Of a stretch of 64,000 bases of DNA, positions 24,834 to 34,847 are shown piece by piece. Every line of letters begins with the position of its first letter. The stretch's first letter is position 1. The translations under genes were made by a program, and so were the position numbers. The notes under the pieces are model-generated. The model saw only the letters and a program-made list of their open reading frames with translations, searched no databases and had not been told where the DNA came from. Location: positions 186,001-250,000 of IMG/VR virus record IMGVR_UViG_3300027759_004177; one strand, 5' to 3'.

Positions 24834-25321
24834 GTCAATGAGATGTCCGGTATAATAAATCCGTTAGCTTCTGCTGTAGAAAAAAGTTTAACTAGTGTAC
24901 GTGCCCATTCTGCTGGATTGATTACTTTACCTGGACGCACCAAAGTTATATTTGGACCGGCGGCATTCATATAACGCAATTGATGTACTGCTTGTTCTAG
25001 TGCAACCTTTTGCAATCGATATTGATCCATGCCTTCTATAACACTAACTGGTTGCTGTGCCATCATTGTGCTAATAACAATAATATGCTTTTGCGTATTA
25101 TTCCAGCGACGATACACTTCAAACAACAATTCAGTTTGTGCAAAACCTGCTTGTGCATTGTTAATAAACACATCGCACGGCTCAATCAAGCTGGCAATCT
25201 TGGGAGTGTTGCGTATGTTGTTACCTTCGCGAGTGCTCAAACCAACAATCTCGTTGCCATAGTATGCTTCGGCCAGAGCTTGACCAATGCCTGCTGTGTG
25301 TCCTGTGATTGCTATTTTCAT
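24830..25321 (-). CDS. Short SDR-like Rossmann-fold protein
   Basis: TGHTAGIG, FINNA, YxxxK (YRLQK). Confidence 0.75.
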   Translation of the reverse strand: MKIAITGHTAGIGQALAEAYYGNEIVGLSTREGNNIRNTPKIASLIEPCDVFINNAQAGFAQTELLFEVYRRWNNTQKHIIVISTMMAQQPVSVIEGMDQYRLQKVALEQAVHQLRYMNAAGPNITLVRPGKVINPAEWARTLVKLFSTAEANGFIIPDISLT

Positions 25322-26202
25322 TCGATACCCCGTAATTGTTTTTGTTGTTGTATATATGCTTGTACTTGTTCTTGATTCTTATTATTGACATCTAATTCTT
25401 TGGGCTCTTTTAAATAAGCATAGCCATGATCGATTCCGTGTTCCTCGGCAAACTTTTTTATATTGGGCAAATCGTGCAAGTTCAACACACTAACTGTGGT
25501 CCACAAGTTTAGTTTCACAGGCATGGTTTTATATCGCATTAAGTTTTGATAAAATGTCGCCCACTTGATAGGCCAACGCACATATTCAAACACTGAACCG
25601 ATACCATCACAACTCGCTGTGACCGTGACTTCTATGCCACGGCCGGCAATCTCTGTTAGCTCTTCTAACACCACGTTACAATTGGTATTAAGTCTCAGTG
25701 TACGCAAGTTCGAAGGCAAGTTGGCCAATAGTCTTCGATAGTTTTTGCTATAACTGGGTTCGCCGCCGTTGATATCCAAATGCACAATACGATCTTGTGG
25801 CAAATCCCAAAAACGATTACTGTTATCTATTATAGTAAAAGTGCCACTGGTCAACGCACCTATCCTGGTGCTACATTCAGGACTGCAAGTCAGACAAGCG
25901 GCATTGCACACATTGTCTAATACTCCGCCTACTTGTAAATAATCCCTCTGCGTTTCTAGGGCATCCACAGCAATGGCGTGTATTCTTATACTGCTAGGCG
26001 ACTCTTGCTCGACTTCTTGACAACGTCGACATTCTACCGGCCACTCACCTTGTTCAAACTGTTCACGTATTTTACGCAACCAGCGACTGTTATTCATTTC
26101 TTCAAGGCTATCAAACTGTGCAGGATTGACCATGTGACCACAGCGGCTTACTGTGCCATTGGGGTTAAAGCGAACAAAGTGATCTAGTCTAGGACATTGC
26201 AT
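25318..26202 (-). CDS. Radical SAM protein (N-terminal twitch-like)
   Basis: CPRL..RCGH..CRRC; CNAACLTC; NGGEPS. Confidence 0.85.
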   Translation of the reverse strand: MQCPRLDHFVRFNPNGTVSRCGHMVNPAQFDSLEEMNNSRWLRKIREQFEQGEWPVECRRCQEVEQESPSSIRIHAIAVDALETQRDYLQVGGVLDNVCNAACLTCSPECSTRIGALTSGTFTIIDNSNRFWDLPQDRIVHLDINGGEPSYSKNYRRLLANLPSNLRTLRLNTNCNVVLEELTEIAGRGIEVTVTASCDGIGSVFEYVRWPIKWATFYQNLMRYKTMPVKLNLWTTVSVLNLHDLPNIKKFAEEHGIDHGYAYLKEPKELDVNNKNQEQVQAYIQQQKQLRGIE

Positions 26203-26795
26203 ATTTGAATGCTCCGATCAATAACTTCATCGTACAAAGCATGATGATTGTCTTGAACGAATCTAACGATTTGTTTGAGTGGAACTGTTTGTCCCATAAA
26301 ATCTTCGTAAAGTATTTTATCTAATTGTAGATAATATTTTAATTTTTGATTGGTGCCGAAATAGTCTATCAGCGTTCGATCTCGTGCCAGCACATTCCAT
26401 GTGTGTTCTGTGGCCGTGTGTAATTCTTCTATGGGTCTAAAGTACATCCAAGCATCGGTAAACTTTTGCAGATTGACGATCCAATGGAACTGCAAACTAA
26501 AATGACTGTTTAAAAACAAATACTGGTCGATCATGGTCAGTGCAGTTGCACGATCAAGGTGTGGATTTTGTCTTAGGTATGTTTGCACTCCGCTGACATA
26601 GCGTTCAAAAGGTTCACGTAAAAATATTTCAACTGTACGCAACTCCCGCATTTCAAAGTAATTGAGTTTTCTAGGGTTGGCAGCAAGTAAACTACTGCTA
26701 CCATTTTTAAAAATAGGATAGACATAGCGATCGGTCCCTACTTCAAGGATCTCGCATTGGTCTGGAAAGAGTATGGGGTCTAGATAAGACAGCAT
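26184..26795 (-). CDS. Sulfotransferase-family-like protein
   Basis: IFKNGSSSL (5'-PSB-like) and LREPFERYVSG (3'-PB-like), NSHFSLQ. Confidence 0.55.
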   Translation of the reverse strand: MLSYLDPILFPDQCEILEVGTDRYVYPIFKNGSSSLLAANPRKLNYFEMRELRTVEIFLREPFERYVSGVQTYLRQNPHLDRATALTMIDQYLFLNSHFSLQFHWIVNLQKFTDAWMYFRPIEELHTATEHTWNVLARDRTLIDYFGTNQKLKYYLQLDKILYEDFMGQTVPLKQIVRFVQDNHHALYDEVIDRSIQICNVLD

Positions 26796-26802
26796 AGGAA
26801 AT

Positions 26803-26823
26803 GTGGGGGACCGTCTCCCCCAC
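26803..26823 (-). terminator. Strong hairpin after the gp32 gene (terminator or stability element)
   Basis: GTGGGGGA-GACGG-TCCCCCAC followed by ATTTCC (weak U-tract). Confidence 0.55.
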
Positions 26824-26837
26824 TGACACAAGCAATA

Positions 26838-27812
26838 TTACTGTTTCTGACGGTTACGAATCATTGCCAAAATGTCTTCAGCACGTTGGCTGGATGGTTT
26901 GGCTTCTGCAGCCGGAGTTGCTATCGGTGCAGTTGGAGCAGGTACATCATCTTCTTCCGCTGGTTCTGCCGCCACAGCTGGTGCTGGTGCACTTTCTGCG
27001 GCTGGTGCAACGTTAGGAACATCCAAGCCATATGGCTTGTAGTAAGCACCCCAACGATCTGGATCGTATGGTTGGCCATCTACTGATGCTTCAAACATTT
27101 CTTTGAGAACCTTGAGCTCTACTTCGCTGGGTTTCTTAGGCAAGAAGTCTGACAAGTTGAACAGGCCATGCTCATCAATTGCGGCTTGTTCTTCTGCTGT
27201 CAATGCTGACTCTTTGCGGCTCCACTTAGAAGTTGAGTAGTCTGCGTAGCCACCTTTGCTTGTTTTAACGATTTGGAAATCCAAACCACGTTGCAAGTCT
27301 GTTGGCAACTCTTCCATTTCTGGATCCATCAATGCAGCCTTGATGATGTTAAAAATCTGTGGGCTGATTGTAAAGCGACGGATTGGGTTGGCTGGAACCT
27401 TGTCGTCACTCAGTGCGTTTTCACGTACAAAGCCTTGGAACACATAAGATTTTTTCTTCCAGTACTTGCGACCCATTTCCTCTAGGCTAGGATCTTTGAA
27501 CCACGGACGAACTTCTGCCAAGATTGGGCAAGCTTCGCCGTACATTTCCATACATGGAACTTGTACAACCACAGGCTTACTATCTGCTTGACCTTTGACA
27601 CCAGCAAATGGTAGTCGGATCATTGCACGTTCAGCCCAAAAGAAGCTGTTCTTGGTGTTGCCGTCTGGGAGGAATCTAATGCGTGTTGTGGAACCTTCTG
27701 CAATGTTCCAGTGTGGATAGATAGCGTTGTCGCCACCTGATTGTCTGTTACCGCCTTTACCGCCTTCTGATGCTTGGAGCTTTGCTCTAATTTCTGCTAA
27801 TGTTGTAGCCAT
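26838..27812 (-). CDS. Single-stranded DNA-binding protein, T4 gp32-like
   Basis: IRFLPD, C...CPI, YWKKKSY, GYADYSTSKW, low-complexity tail; beside uvsX/uvsY. Confidence 0.88.
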   Translation of the reverse strand: MATTLAEIRAKLQASEGGKGGNRQSGGDNAIYPHWNIAEGSTTRIRFLPDGNTKNSFFWAERAMIRLPFAGVKGQADSKPVVVQVPCMEMYGEACPILAEVRPWFKDPSLEEMGRKYWKKKSYVFQGFVRENALSDDKVPANPIRRFTISPQIFNIIKAALMDPEMEELPTDLQRGLDFQIVKTSKGGYADYSTSKWSRKESALTAEEQAAIDEHGLFNLSDFLPKKPSEVELKVLKEMFEASVDGQPYDPDRWGAYYKPYGLDVPNVAPAAESAPAPAVAAEPAEEDDVPAPTAPIATPAAEAKPSSQRAEDILAMIRNRQKQ

Positions 27813-27876
27813 GATAATTTCCTTTTATAAAATGTGCCATAATATTTTTACTGCTTTGCCATGTTGCACATACCAC

Positions 27877-27906
27877 AGTATATGCTAATATATTTAGTCC
27901 TGTCAA
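27877..27906 (-). promoter_or_regulatory. Sigma70-type promoter with embedded TAAATA upstream of gp32
   Basis: TTGACA-18nt-TATACT. Confidence 0.6.
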
Positions 27907-27913
27907 ATGTTTT

Positions 27914-28888
27914 TTAAGACTTTTTTACAGTTTGGATATATTTGTTGTAGAGCTCGCAATTTTTGGATGCCAATTGATACAATGCGTCCATATGTTGTTG
28001 CCTACTAGGACTAGTATACAACACTTGTAGGCTATGCGTCAACCTTTTTATTCGATCATATGGATGTTGGGCTTGATCATATGATTCATCGATAATGCTA
28101 TCAAATGTTTGGAATCCCATGTTGCGTAATCTAGCCAAACTGCCTTCGCCGCTGACCAATACAAATGGTTTTCCGGTTGCCAAACAGTTGGCAGTCTTTT
28201 CAGTAAACCAAAAATCACTGATGCTGTCTGTTTCGCTTATGATTTCGATTTGGTATCGATTCCATACGTTGTTGTAGTTGCGACAAGCATCATACCAATC
28301 AATCATGCCCATGAAATGGGTACTGTTTAAATCTCGATCAAAAGTTTTTTGTTCGAGCCAGGCCAATTCTTTGGTGTACTGATTGTTAAAGTGTTTTAAT
28401 GAGTCTTGTATAAAAGAAACTTTGGGTTGAAATGTTATGTAAGTATCATCGGGAAATGCTTGATCTAATTCATATGCCAAGCGAAATCTATTTAAATTGT
28501 ATCGGCCAAGCAAACTGCCCACAAACTTTGCGTTGCTAATATTGCGGTCAAATTCCTTAGGCAAGTATTGATTGACACTGACAAAGATGCCCAAAGACAA
28601 ACAATCAATTTTAAAATTGCTATCAGGATCAGGATCGTGTGTTTCTATTGTTATTTTATTGTGTGGTATACCAACCTTGTTGCAGAGAAATTCAATAAAC
28701 TGACCAAATCCGCTAAAATCAAAATTTTCCCCATCCCATAATCTAATTAATACTTGTTGTCCAGTATACTGTTGCCCAAGTATGTCTAATAGTATGTCTT
28801 TTCTGGTGATAGAATAATCTTTATGTACAAAAAATTGTCCAAGTATTAAAATGTCTGTATCGGTTACGGTAACTGCTTGTTCTATCAT
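27914..28888 (-). CDS. Glycosyltransferase-like protein (SET/TEKT family)
   Basis: IEIISET...FTEKTANCLATGKPF...GFQTF..IIDESYD. Confidence 0.55.
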   Translation of the reverse strand: MIEQAVTVTDTDILILGQFFVHKDYSITRKDILLDILGQQYTGQQVLIRLWDGENFDFSGFGQFIEFLCNKVGIPHNKITIETHDPDPDSNFKIDCLSLGIFVSVNQYLPKEFDRNISNAKFVGSLLGRYNLNRFRLAYELDQAFPDDTYITFQPKVSFIQDSLKHFNNQYTKELAWLEQKTFDRDLNSTHFMGMIDWYDACRNYNNVWNRYQIEIISETDSISDFWFTEKTANCLATGKPFVLVSGEGSLARLRNMGFQTFDSIIDESYDQAQHPYDRIKRLTHSLQVLYTSPSRQQHMDALYQLASKNCELYNKYIQTVKKS

Positions 28889-29649
28889 ATTTGTTTTAGC
28901 AAGTAGTTGGCCCAAAGTTCATGACCATACTCTGTGGGATGACGGCTATCTTCTTTGTAAGTGTATTTGCAGGCGTCTAAAATATCAACTCTAGCCAATG
29001 CTTGATCAATCACAGCTGGAGTATCCGGATAGGTGTAATTGTAGTTTAGTTGTTTGATGTGCTCGCTGACCACTATGTGTGTGTCGTTTTGTATGCGATT
29101 GTTGGTTATAACTTCTAGCCAATTGCGATCACACACGTTTAATTTTGTTGGGCGACTATCAGTAAAGTTGTGTGCTACAACAAATTTTATACTGGGATAT
29201 TTTTTTTCCAGTTGCTCAATGTCACTGTAAGTACGATCTAACATTGCAATCAGATTGTTGTGTAATGTATCTAGTTCAGGTTTTAGCCAATTTATTTCTT
29301 CGTGGCGTCCCGATTCTGTTAGAGTGATAATGCACACGGTATTTTTGCCATGCACATGTCTTGACAACAGTTGTGCCAACCAGGCGCACATCATATGGTT
29401 ACTAATGCCTGGCAAGGCCAAATTGATCCAATCTGCCCCAATTTCTTCTGCTATTAACCCGCCATACACATGGCATAATCTATGTTCTGGGTCATCGCGG
29501 CCATCACGTACTCGTGTTTGGCCTAGGCTATCTCCGTATGTCCAACTATCGCCTACAGTTATAAGTAGTTGTTCGCTGTCAACACAACGATAATGATACG
29601 GATTATTGACCTGGGACCATTTGGGAATATCAACTATAGTATTAAACAT
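28885..29649 (-). CDS. SGNH/GDSL hydrolase-like protein
   Basis: VGDSWTYG, NLALPGISN, DSRHP. Confidence 0.75.
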   Translation of the reverse strand: MFNTIVDIPKWSQVNNPYHYRCVDSEQLLITVGDSWTYGDSLGQTRVRDGRDDPEHRLCHVYGGLIAEEIGADWINLALPGISNHMMCAWLAQLLSRHVHGKNTVCIITLTESGRHEEINWLKPELDTLHNNLIAMLDRTYSDIEQLEKKYPSIKFVVAHNFTDSRPTKLNVCDRNWLEVITNNRIQNDTHIVVSEHIKQLNYNYTYPDTPAVIDQALARVDILDACKYTYKEDSRHPTEYGHELWANYLLKQI

Positions 29650-30670
29650 AGCTGGTTAAATCTAATTCATACAATCTTTTCCACTGATCGTATGCATACT
29701 TCCTAAAATGATTTTTGTTGTATTGACAACGACCAAAATATTTTTGTTGATATTCTTGTGCAGGATTACCAACAGCATTTATAGCGGCAATAGCCACTTG
29801 AGCATATTGATACTGTCTACGTGGGTCGCCGGTGTTTTCATCAATAGTGGTATAGTTAAATACATCATCAAACACATCAAATCCCTGTTGCTTAAGGTGT
29901 TTACGTAAAGGTGCTTGTCCGTAGACAAAAAATGGTCGCATGCCAAGTATGGGCTTGAATGTTTTTTCACTGGCAAAAAAATTCTTGGGATAATAGTTGT
30001 TGAATTCTGTTTCAGTAACCAAACATAACAAACTATTTTGCCAAATATTCATATCGCCTAGGCTAAAAATATCGTTGCGTATTTTATGACTGACCCAAGT
30101 TTCGTCAGCGCCAAGTTGGCCGTATTCATCGTGTATGCCCTGTACATCGTCAAATGTTTCGTTTAATGTTATGGCACGATCACCCGGCAAGCCAAGACTT
30201 ACAAATCCTTGTTGTTGTAGGCCAGCGGCCAACAATTCATTTACCAACGACACTCTGTGCGGATGTGGTTTGCGATTCAAGCATATAAACTTACGAGCTG
30301 TGTCCATAACAGGAACATGATATTCTTCGTAGTTTTGAAAATACAAATCACACACCATGGCCCAGAAGTCCAAACGATATTGGTCAGCATTGCCCAATAT
30401 AAGATACGGGCGACCCGATTGTTCAATGGTTCTAAATATTCTAGGCACAGCAGGATCTACAAAATTATGACAGATAATAAAATCAGGGTCAGCGGCTTCA
30501 ATTTTTTTGGCTATGTCATTTTCGTGTAGCCAGGTAGGATTGATAAACATCACACGTTCGCAACCAAGCTGTTGTTGTGCTTTGTTTTCTAGTATGTTAC
30601 GTATTAGTTGTTCAACTCGGCCGGCTTTCCATGCATAGGGAAACCCGTTGGTATCTTTGATAATTTGCAT
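29642..30670 (-). CDS. Glycosyltransferase-like protein (SET/TEKT family)
   Basis: CLNRKPHPHR...LVTET...SEKTFKPILGMRPFFVYG...GFDVF. Confidence 0.55.
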   Translation of the reverse strand: MQIIKDTNGFPYAWKAGRVEQLIRNILENKAQQQLGCERVMFINPTWLHENDIAKKIEAADPDFIICHNFVDPAVPRIFRTIEQSGRPYLILGNADQYRLDFWAMVCDLYFQNYEEYHVPVMDTARKFICLNRKPHPHRVSLVNELLAAGLQQQGFVSLGLPGDRAITLNETFDDVQGIHDEYGQLGADETWVSHKIRNDIFSLGDMNIWQNSLLCLVTETEFNNYYPKNFFASEKTFKPILGMRPFFVYGQAPLRKHLKQQGFDVFDDVFNYTTIDENTGDPRRQYQYAQVAIAAINAVGNPAQEYQQKYFGRCQYNKNHFRKYAYDQWKRLYELDLTSYV

Positions 30671-30692
30671 TTTGGATAACTTGTTTAATAAG

Positions 30693-32162
30693 TTATTTAC
30701 GAATTCCTGCTAGACTACGAATAAAATCTAGGTCGGTGTTTTCCATGGTCATGTTGCTGACGTTTGGATGATCGGGTTGTGATCCGTATTGATCTTGAGG
30801 ATCGGCTTGTCTTGGACTCACTGGCAATGCCTGAGCTGTTTGTGCCGCATCTGCGTTGTTACGACCAAACTCAATTTGATTCAACAATGCGGGCATGTTG
30901 TCATTGATCCAGGTTTTGATCAAGGGTCTTGCATCAGCATCGGGCCCTTGACTGTCTGCCAAGTGATACACAGCATCATACAAGTCATCATCACCAATGA
31001 GCGGTTGCAATGCAGATACTGCATCAACTCCGTCTATGCCAACAGGCACACTGGATTGCAACAATGCTTTTAATGCCAAAACTTTGTCTTTGTTGTCAGG
31101 GGTAGACCAAGTGCCTTCTGTGACTGTGTCGGCCCATTCTTCCAGTTCTGCACCCAACTGCTCGGCCGATTCTGACTTGTATTTTTTGTAGGCTTTGAAC
31201 ACGATAGGAAGTGCTTCTGTAAAACGATCATCATAGATTTTTTTAACAAAACGTTCACGCAAGGCATCCACATCTACTTCGTCTTCGATAATGGTGTTTT
31301 CTGCTTGCCAATTTTCAAAGTAGCTACGATAGCCGCGTGCTCCACGCATTTGACGTAGTGTACGTTTTAATTCATCGTAATGATGAACAGCAGATTTAGT
31401 CATGTCCATTGTTTCTTTATCTTCAAATTGACGATGTTTAGTGCTGCGAACAAAATGTCGCATGTCGGCCATTTCTTTTACAATACCGTTGATGTGTTCA
31501 GCTATTTGATCATACATGGTGCCGCCGGCGTTTAGGTGTTCGGCCATGGCGTAGGCACCATGCAAATTTGTATGATTTAATAAGAAGCGTTCGCCGCGGT
31601 CAGTTTCTAAGAAGATTTCTTGTATGCGTCGTGCCCGAGCACCATGTATATCGTCGTTTACTTTGTCTTTGTGACGGATTAAAATTTTGGTTGCGCCTTT
31701 GTCAGCAAAGCTGTTGTAAGGACGTCCCGGAGTTCCGTATAATCTGCTTTCGGTTACAGCAACATCTTTGCTCGAGAATGTGTCATCTGCTTTGCTTTGT
31801 TGTTTAACGTCTTTGAGATCTAGGTTAGATTTGTTAATATCACGTGTGTCAAATGTCAGCAAGTTACGCTTGGCAAACTTGCGTAGGCCGCGTAAAAATC
31901 CATACCATTCTTTGCGTTGTTCTCTATCCATCTCGCCTGAGATGTTCTGTCCAAAATATACTTTCAATGTGGTTTCATCAATAAGACTGATTGTCACTGT
32001 GCCAAATTCTGCACCATCTTCGCCGGTATAGGTAAAGTTAAAAAAACGAGCCTTAGAAGGGTCTGAGCTAGCCTTGGCTTTTTCGTCGCCCAGCGTTACA
32101 TTGCTGAAGCGTGAGCGAATTTTGTCAAATAGTGCAGAGGAGATTGATTCAATTTCTTTCAT
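30693..32162 (-). CDS. Hypothetical (probably structural) protein downstream of terminase
   Basis: 489 aa, late TAAATA 5 nt upstream, C-terminal IRSLAGI motif. Confidence 0.7.
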   Translation of the reverse strand: MKEIESISSALFDKIRSRFSNVTLGDEKAKASSDPSKARFFNFTYTGEDGAEFGTVTISLIDETTLKVYFGQNISGEMDREQRKEWYGFLRGLRKFAKRNLLTFDTRDINKSNLDLKDVKQQSKADDTFSSKDVAVTESRLYGTPGRPYNSFADKGATKILIRHKDKVNDDIHGARARRIQEIFLETDRGERFLLNHTNLHGAYAMAEHLNAGGTMYDQIAEHINGIVKEMADMRHFVRSTKHRQFEDKETMDMTKSAVHHYDELKRTLRQMRGARGYRSYFENWQAENTIIEDEVDVDALRERFVKKIYDDRFTEALPIVFKAYKKYKSESAEQLGAELEEWADTVTEGTWSTPDNKDKVLALKALLQSSVPVGIDGVDAVSALQPLIGDDDLYDAVYHLADSQGPDADARPLIKTWINDNMPALLNQIEFGRNNADAAQTAQALPVSPRQADPQDQYGSQPDHPNVSNMTMENTDLDFIRSLAGIRK

Positions 32163-32173
32163 AGTTATATTTA

Positions 32174-33736
32174 TCAGATCATTATAAACGGCATGGGTTC
32201 AATAAACTCACCAGCGTCTTTGATTTCAGCATCTAAATTGGCATCATAGTTTTGTAGGGTTTGCATCATGCGTAGGGCCAACAGGGTTGACATGACTAGG
32301 TCGTCAGTTTCGCCTATTTTGGCTGCAAAACTATTGCCGTGTGCAACAAAGGTTTTTAACTCTGACACCAGAGCTTTACTAGCAATAATCATACGGCGGG
32401 TTTCTACTAGACTCTTGAGCTTGGAACAAGCAGTTAATTTTGATTTGTTGGTAGTGTTAAATCCTTTGCGGAATCTGCGTACATTGCCGGCTCGGGCAGT
32501 TTCACTTAGGAATACCCCACGTATGTTTTCTTCGCCAATTTCTTCGATCACGACCAATGCGGCTTCGCCTAAGGTGTTGTTCTCTACGCTGTAGTAAACA
32601 TTGTTTGGTGATCCGCTGGCATCAGATATATACTGACAAATTTCTTGCAAGATACGTACCTGACGCTGTATAGGAGTTTTGTTATCACGCCACTCGGCCA
32701 CTTGTTTAAGTCCAGGCATTTCAAATACTTGTAAGGCCGCAGGATCTCCACCGGTACCTAAACTGGGATCAAGTGCTACAAAGTAAGTGTGATCTCGTTC
32801 AGGACGTTTGTACCAACGCACTTGGCCCTGTCGTTCAAACGGATCGATGCCCGACATCTCAGCCAGGTGTAAGGGATTGATTAAGGTCTCATCAAAGATA
32901 ATAAATTCACATTCCATCTCACGACGGAAACGTTCTTCACCCAGTTGTGCTCGCATGTTTGCAGCCCAGGCTTCATCTCGTTCAGGATGTTCTTCCCATT
33001 TGCTACGGAATGCTTTGAATCCGTTGACACCCACTTCTGTTTCATTGCCATTGATGTCTATACACTTGTTGGCTCCTCGCCAGATCTGTGCAAATTGATC
33101 TTCGTCACTGTTTGGTGTTGATGTGATAATACATTTACCACCAGTGGCCAAGGTAGGAGTAATGGAAGTCCAAAAGTCTGTGGCAATAGTAGGCCGAACG
33201 AAAGCAAACTCATCACAATATAATAATGATATACTCATACCTCGTCCGGTGTTTTCTGTTGTGGTTTGACTTACTATGCGGCTACCATTTTCAAAGTCTA
33301 AGCTACCTTTGTTGTAACTGGTTACACCTGCTCGGATATAATCTGGACAGTTTTCATAAGCATAACGGACACGTTGCATGATCTCTTGAGCGCCTAGGTA
33401 TTTGTGTGCGGCAACCAATATGGTTGAATCCGGCACAAACATGGCGTACCATAACAGGTAGCCGGCGGCCGTAGTGGATTTGCCCGTTTGTCTTGGCATT
33501 AGGCTTATACTGAATCTATAATGATGATAAGACTCAATCAATCGTTCTTGGTATTCAAAAGGATGATATTGTATGGCACCGCGGGTAGGGTGTTGTATAA
33601 AGAAATAGTTCTTCATAAAGTAATCTGGGCCTGTTACAGGATCAGCACAGCGGGCTAACTCTAAGATCTGTTGCTCAGTGTAAGACATCCGTTTGTACGG
33701 TGCCTTGATAATTGCAGTCTCTAACTCTTTACTCAT
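32174..33736 (-). CDS. Terminase large subunit (T4 gp17-like)
   Basis: PRQTGKST Walker A, LYCDEFAF Walker B, TSTPN, DPSLG, DDLVM. Confidence 0.95.
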   Translation of the reverse strand: MSKELETAIIKAPYKRMSYTEQQILELARCADPVTGPDYFMKNYFFIQHPTRGAIQYHPFEYQERLIESYHHYRFSISLMPRQTGKSTTAAGYLLWYAMFVPDSTILVAAHKYLGAQEIMQRVRYAYENCPDYIRAGVTSYNKGSLDFENGSRIVSQTTTENTGRGMSISLLYCDEFAFVRPTIATDFWTSITPTLATGGKCIITSTPNSDEDQFAQIWRGANKCIDINGNETEVGVNGFKAFRSKWEEHPERDEAWAANMRAQLGEERFRREMECEFIIFDETLINPLHLAEMSGIDPFERQGQVRWYKRPERDHTYFVALDPSLGTGGDPAALQVFEMPGLKQVAEWRDNKTPIQRQVRILQEICQYISDASGSPNNVYYSVENNTLGEAALVVIEEIGEENIRGVFLSETARAGNVRRFRKGFNTTNKSKLTACSKLKSLVETRRMIIASKALVSELKTFVAHGNSFAAKIGETDDLVMSTLLALRMMQTLQNYDANLDAEIKDAGEFIEPMPFIMI

Positions 33737-33749
33737 ATAAGTATATTTA

Positions 33750-34277
33750 ATGTCAGATACATTGTTACTCAATCAAAATTACCAACCAATTAGTGTGCTA
33801 CCCCTTAGTGTTATCAATTGGCAACACGCAATCAAACTCATGTACCTGGGTCGTGTTCATGTGTTGGAAACCTATCCCAATTGGATAGTACACTCAGAAC
33901 GCCTGGCTCTAAATGTGCCCAGTGTTTGTGTGACCCGAGACTACTTTCACTACAAACAGGCTGTTAAATTCAGCAGATATAATCTTTACATGCGAGACTT
34001 ATTCAAGTGTCAATATTGTGATGATGTGTTTGACTACGAAGATCTGACCATTGATCATGTGAAACCTCGTAGCCTGGGTGGCAAAACAGTCTGGGAAAAT
34101 TGTGTTACCAGTTGTAAAACTTGTAATCATGCCAAAGGCAGTCATTTGCTATTGCCCAAGGTAAAACCGTACAAACCAGATTATTATAGTCTAGTTGGAC
34201 AATGGAAGAAAATGCCGTTTACAGTTAAACAAGATTCGTGGAATCAATACTTGGGGTTAGATAAGCGAGTAGCTTAA
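33750..34277 (+). CDS. HNH endonuclease (McrA/HNH_5-like)
   Basis: LLLN..Y.P; RDLFKCQYC, TIDHVKPRSLGG..WENCVTSCKTCNHAKG. Confidence 0.9.
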   Translation: MSDTLLLNQNYQPISVLPLSVINWQHAIKLMYLGRVHVLETYPNWIVHSERLALNVPSVCVTRDYFHYKQAVKFSRYNLYMRDLFKCQYCDDVFDYEDLTIDHVKPRSLGGKTVWENCVTSCKTCNHAKGSHLLLPKVKPYKPDYYSLVGQWKKMPFTVKQDSWNQYLGLDKRVA

Positions 34278-34289
34278 AGGAAAATAAAA

Positions 34290-34847
34290 ATGAAAATAGC
34301 CATTACCGGACATACCATGGGAATTGGAAAAGCCTTGGCAGAAGTATATCAACAACACGGACATGCTGTAGTTGGGTTTAGTCGATCCACAGGTCACGAC
34401 ATTTCGACTATTGATGGTCGCACACGTATTATTACAGAATCAGCCGATTGTGATTTATTTTTCAACAATGCTCATGCCGACTTTTCACAATGTGATTTAT
34501 TATTTGAGTTATGGATGTCTTGGAAAAATCAAAAAAAATATATTGTAAACATTTCATCTGCTCACAGCGTAAAATGGGTATATTTTTTAAAAGATCAGGT
34601 CAGTGATATCAAGTATTGTAGCGTTAAAAAAGCACTAGAGGAATCTGCAGAATTTTTGTGGAACCAATTGGATTGGCCCGCAGTATCAATCGTTTCTCCG
34701 TGTCGTACAGATACTCCCAGAGTAGCACATAGAGATTGGAGTAACAAAGTTGATCCGACGGAATTTGCTAACCTGGTATATACCACGTTGATTCAGAATA
34801 ATTTTAGAGTGCAGAGATTAAGCCTGGCCAACAGACCCATCGATTAG
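34290..34847 (+). CDS. Short SDR-like Rossmann-fold protein, paralogue of 24830..25321
   Basis: MKIAITGHTMGIG, FFNNA, YCSVK. Confidence 0.75.
   Translation: MKIAITGHTMGIGKALAEVYQQHGHAVVGFSRSTGHDISTIDGRTRIITESADCDLFFNNAHADFSQCDLLFELWMSWKNQKKYIVNISSAHSVKWVYFLKDQVSDIKYCSVKKALEESAEFLWNQLDWPAVSIVSPCRTDTPRVAHRDWSNKVDPTEFANLVYTTLIQNNFRVQRLSLANRPID

Noticed and set aside
32174-33736. Intein or intron in terminase, UvsX or sheath
   Set aside because: Terminase and UvsX have normal lengths, and no intein splice motifs or frame interruptions were seen.
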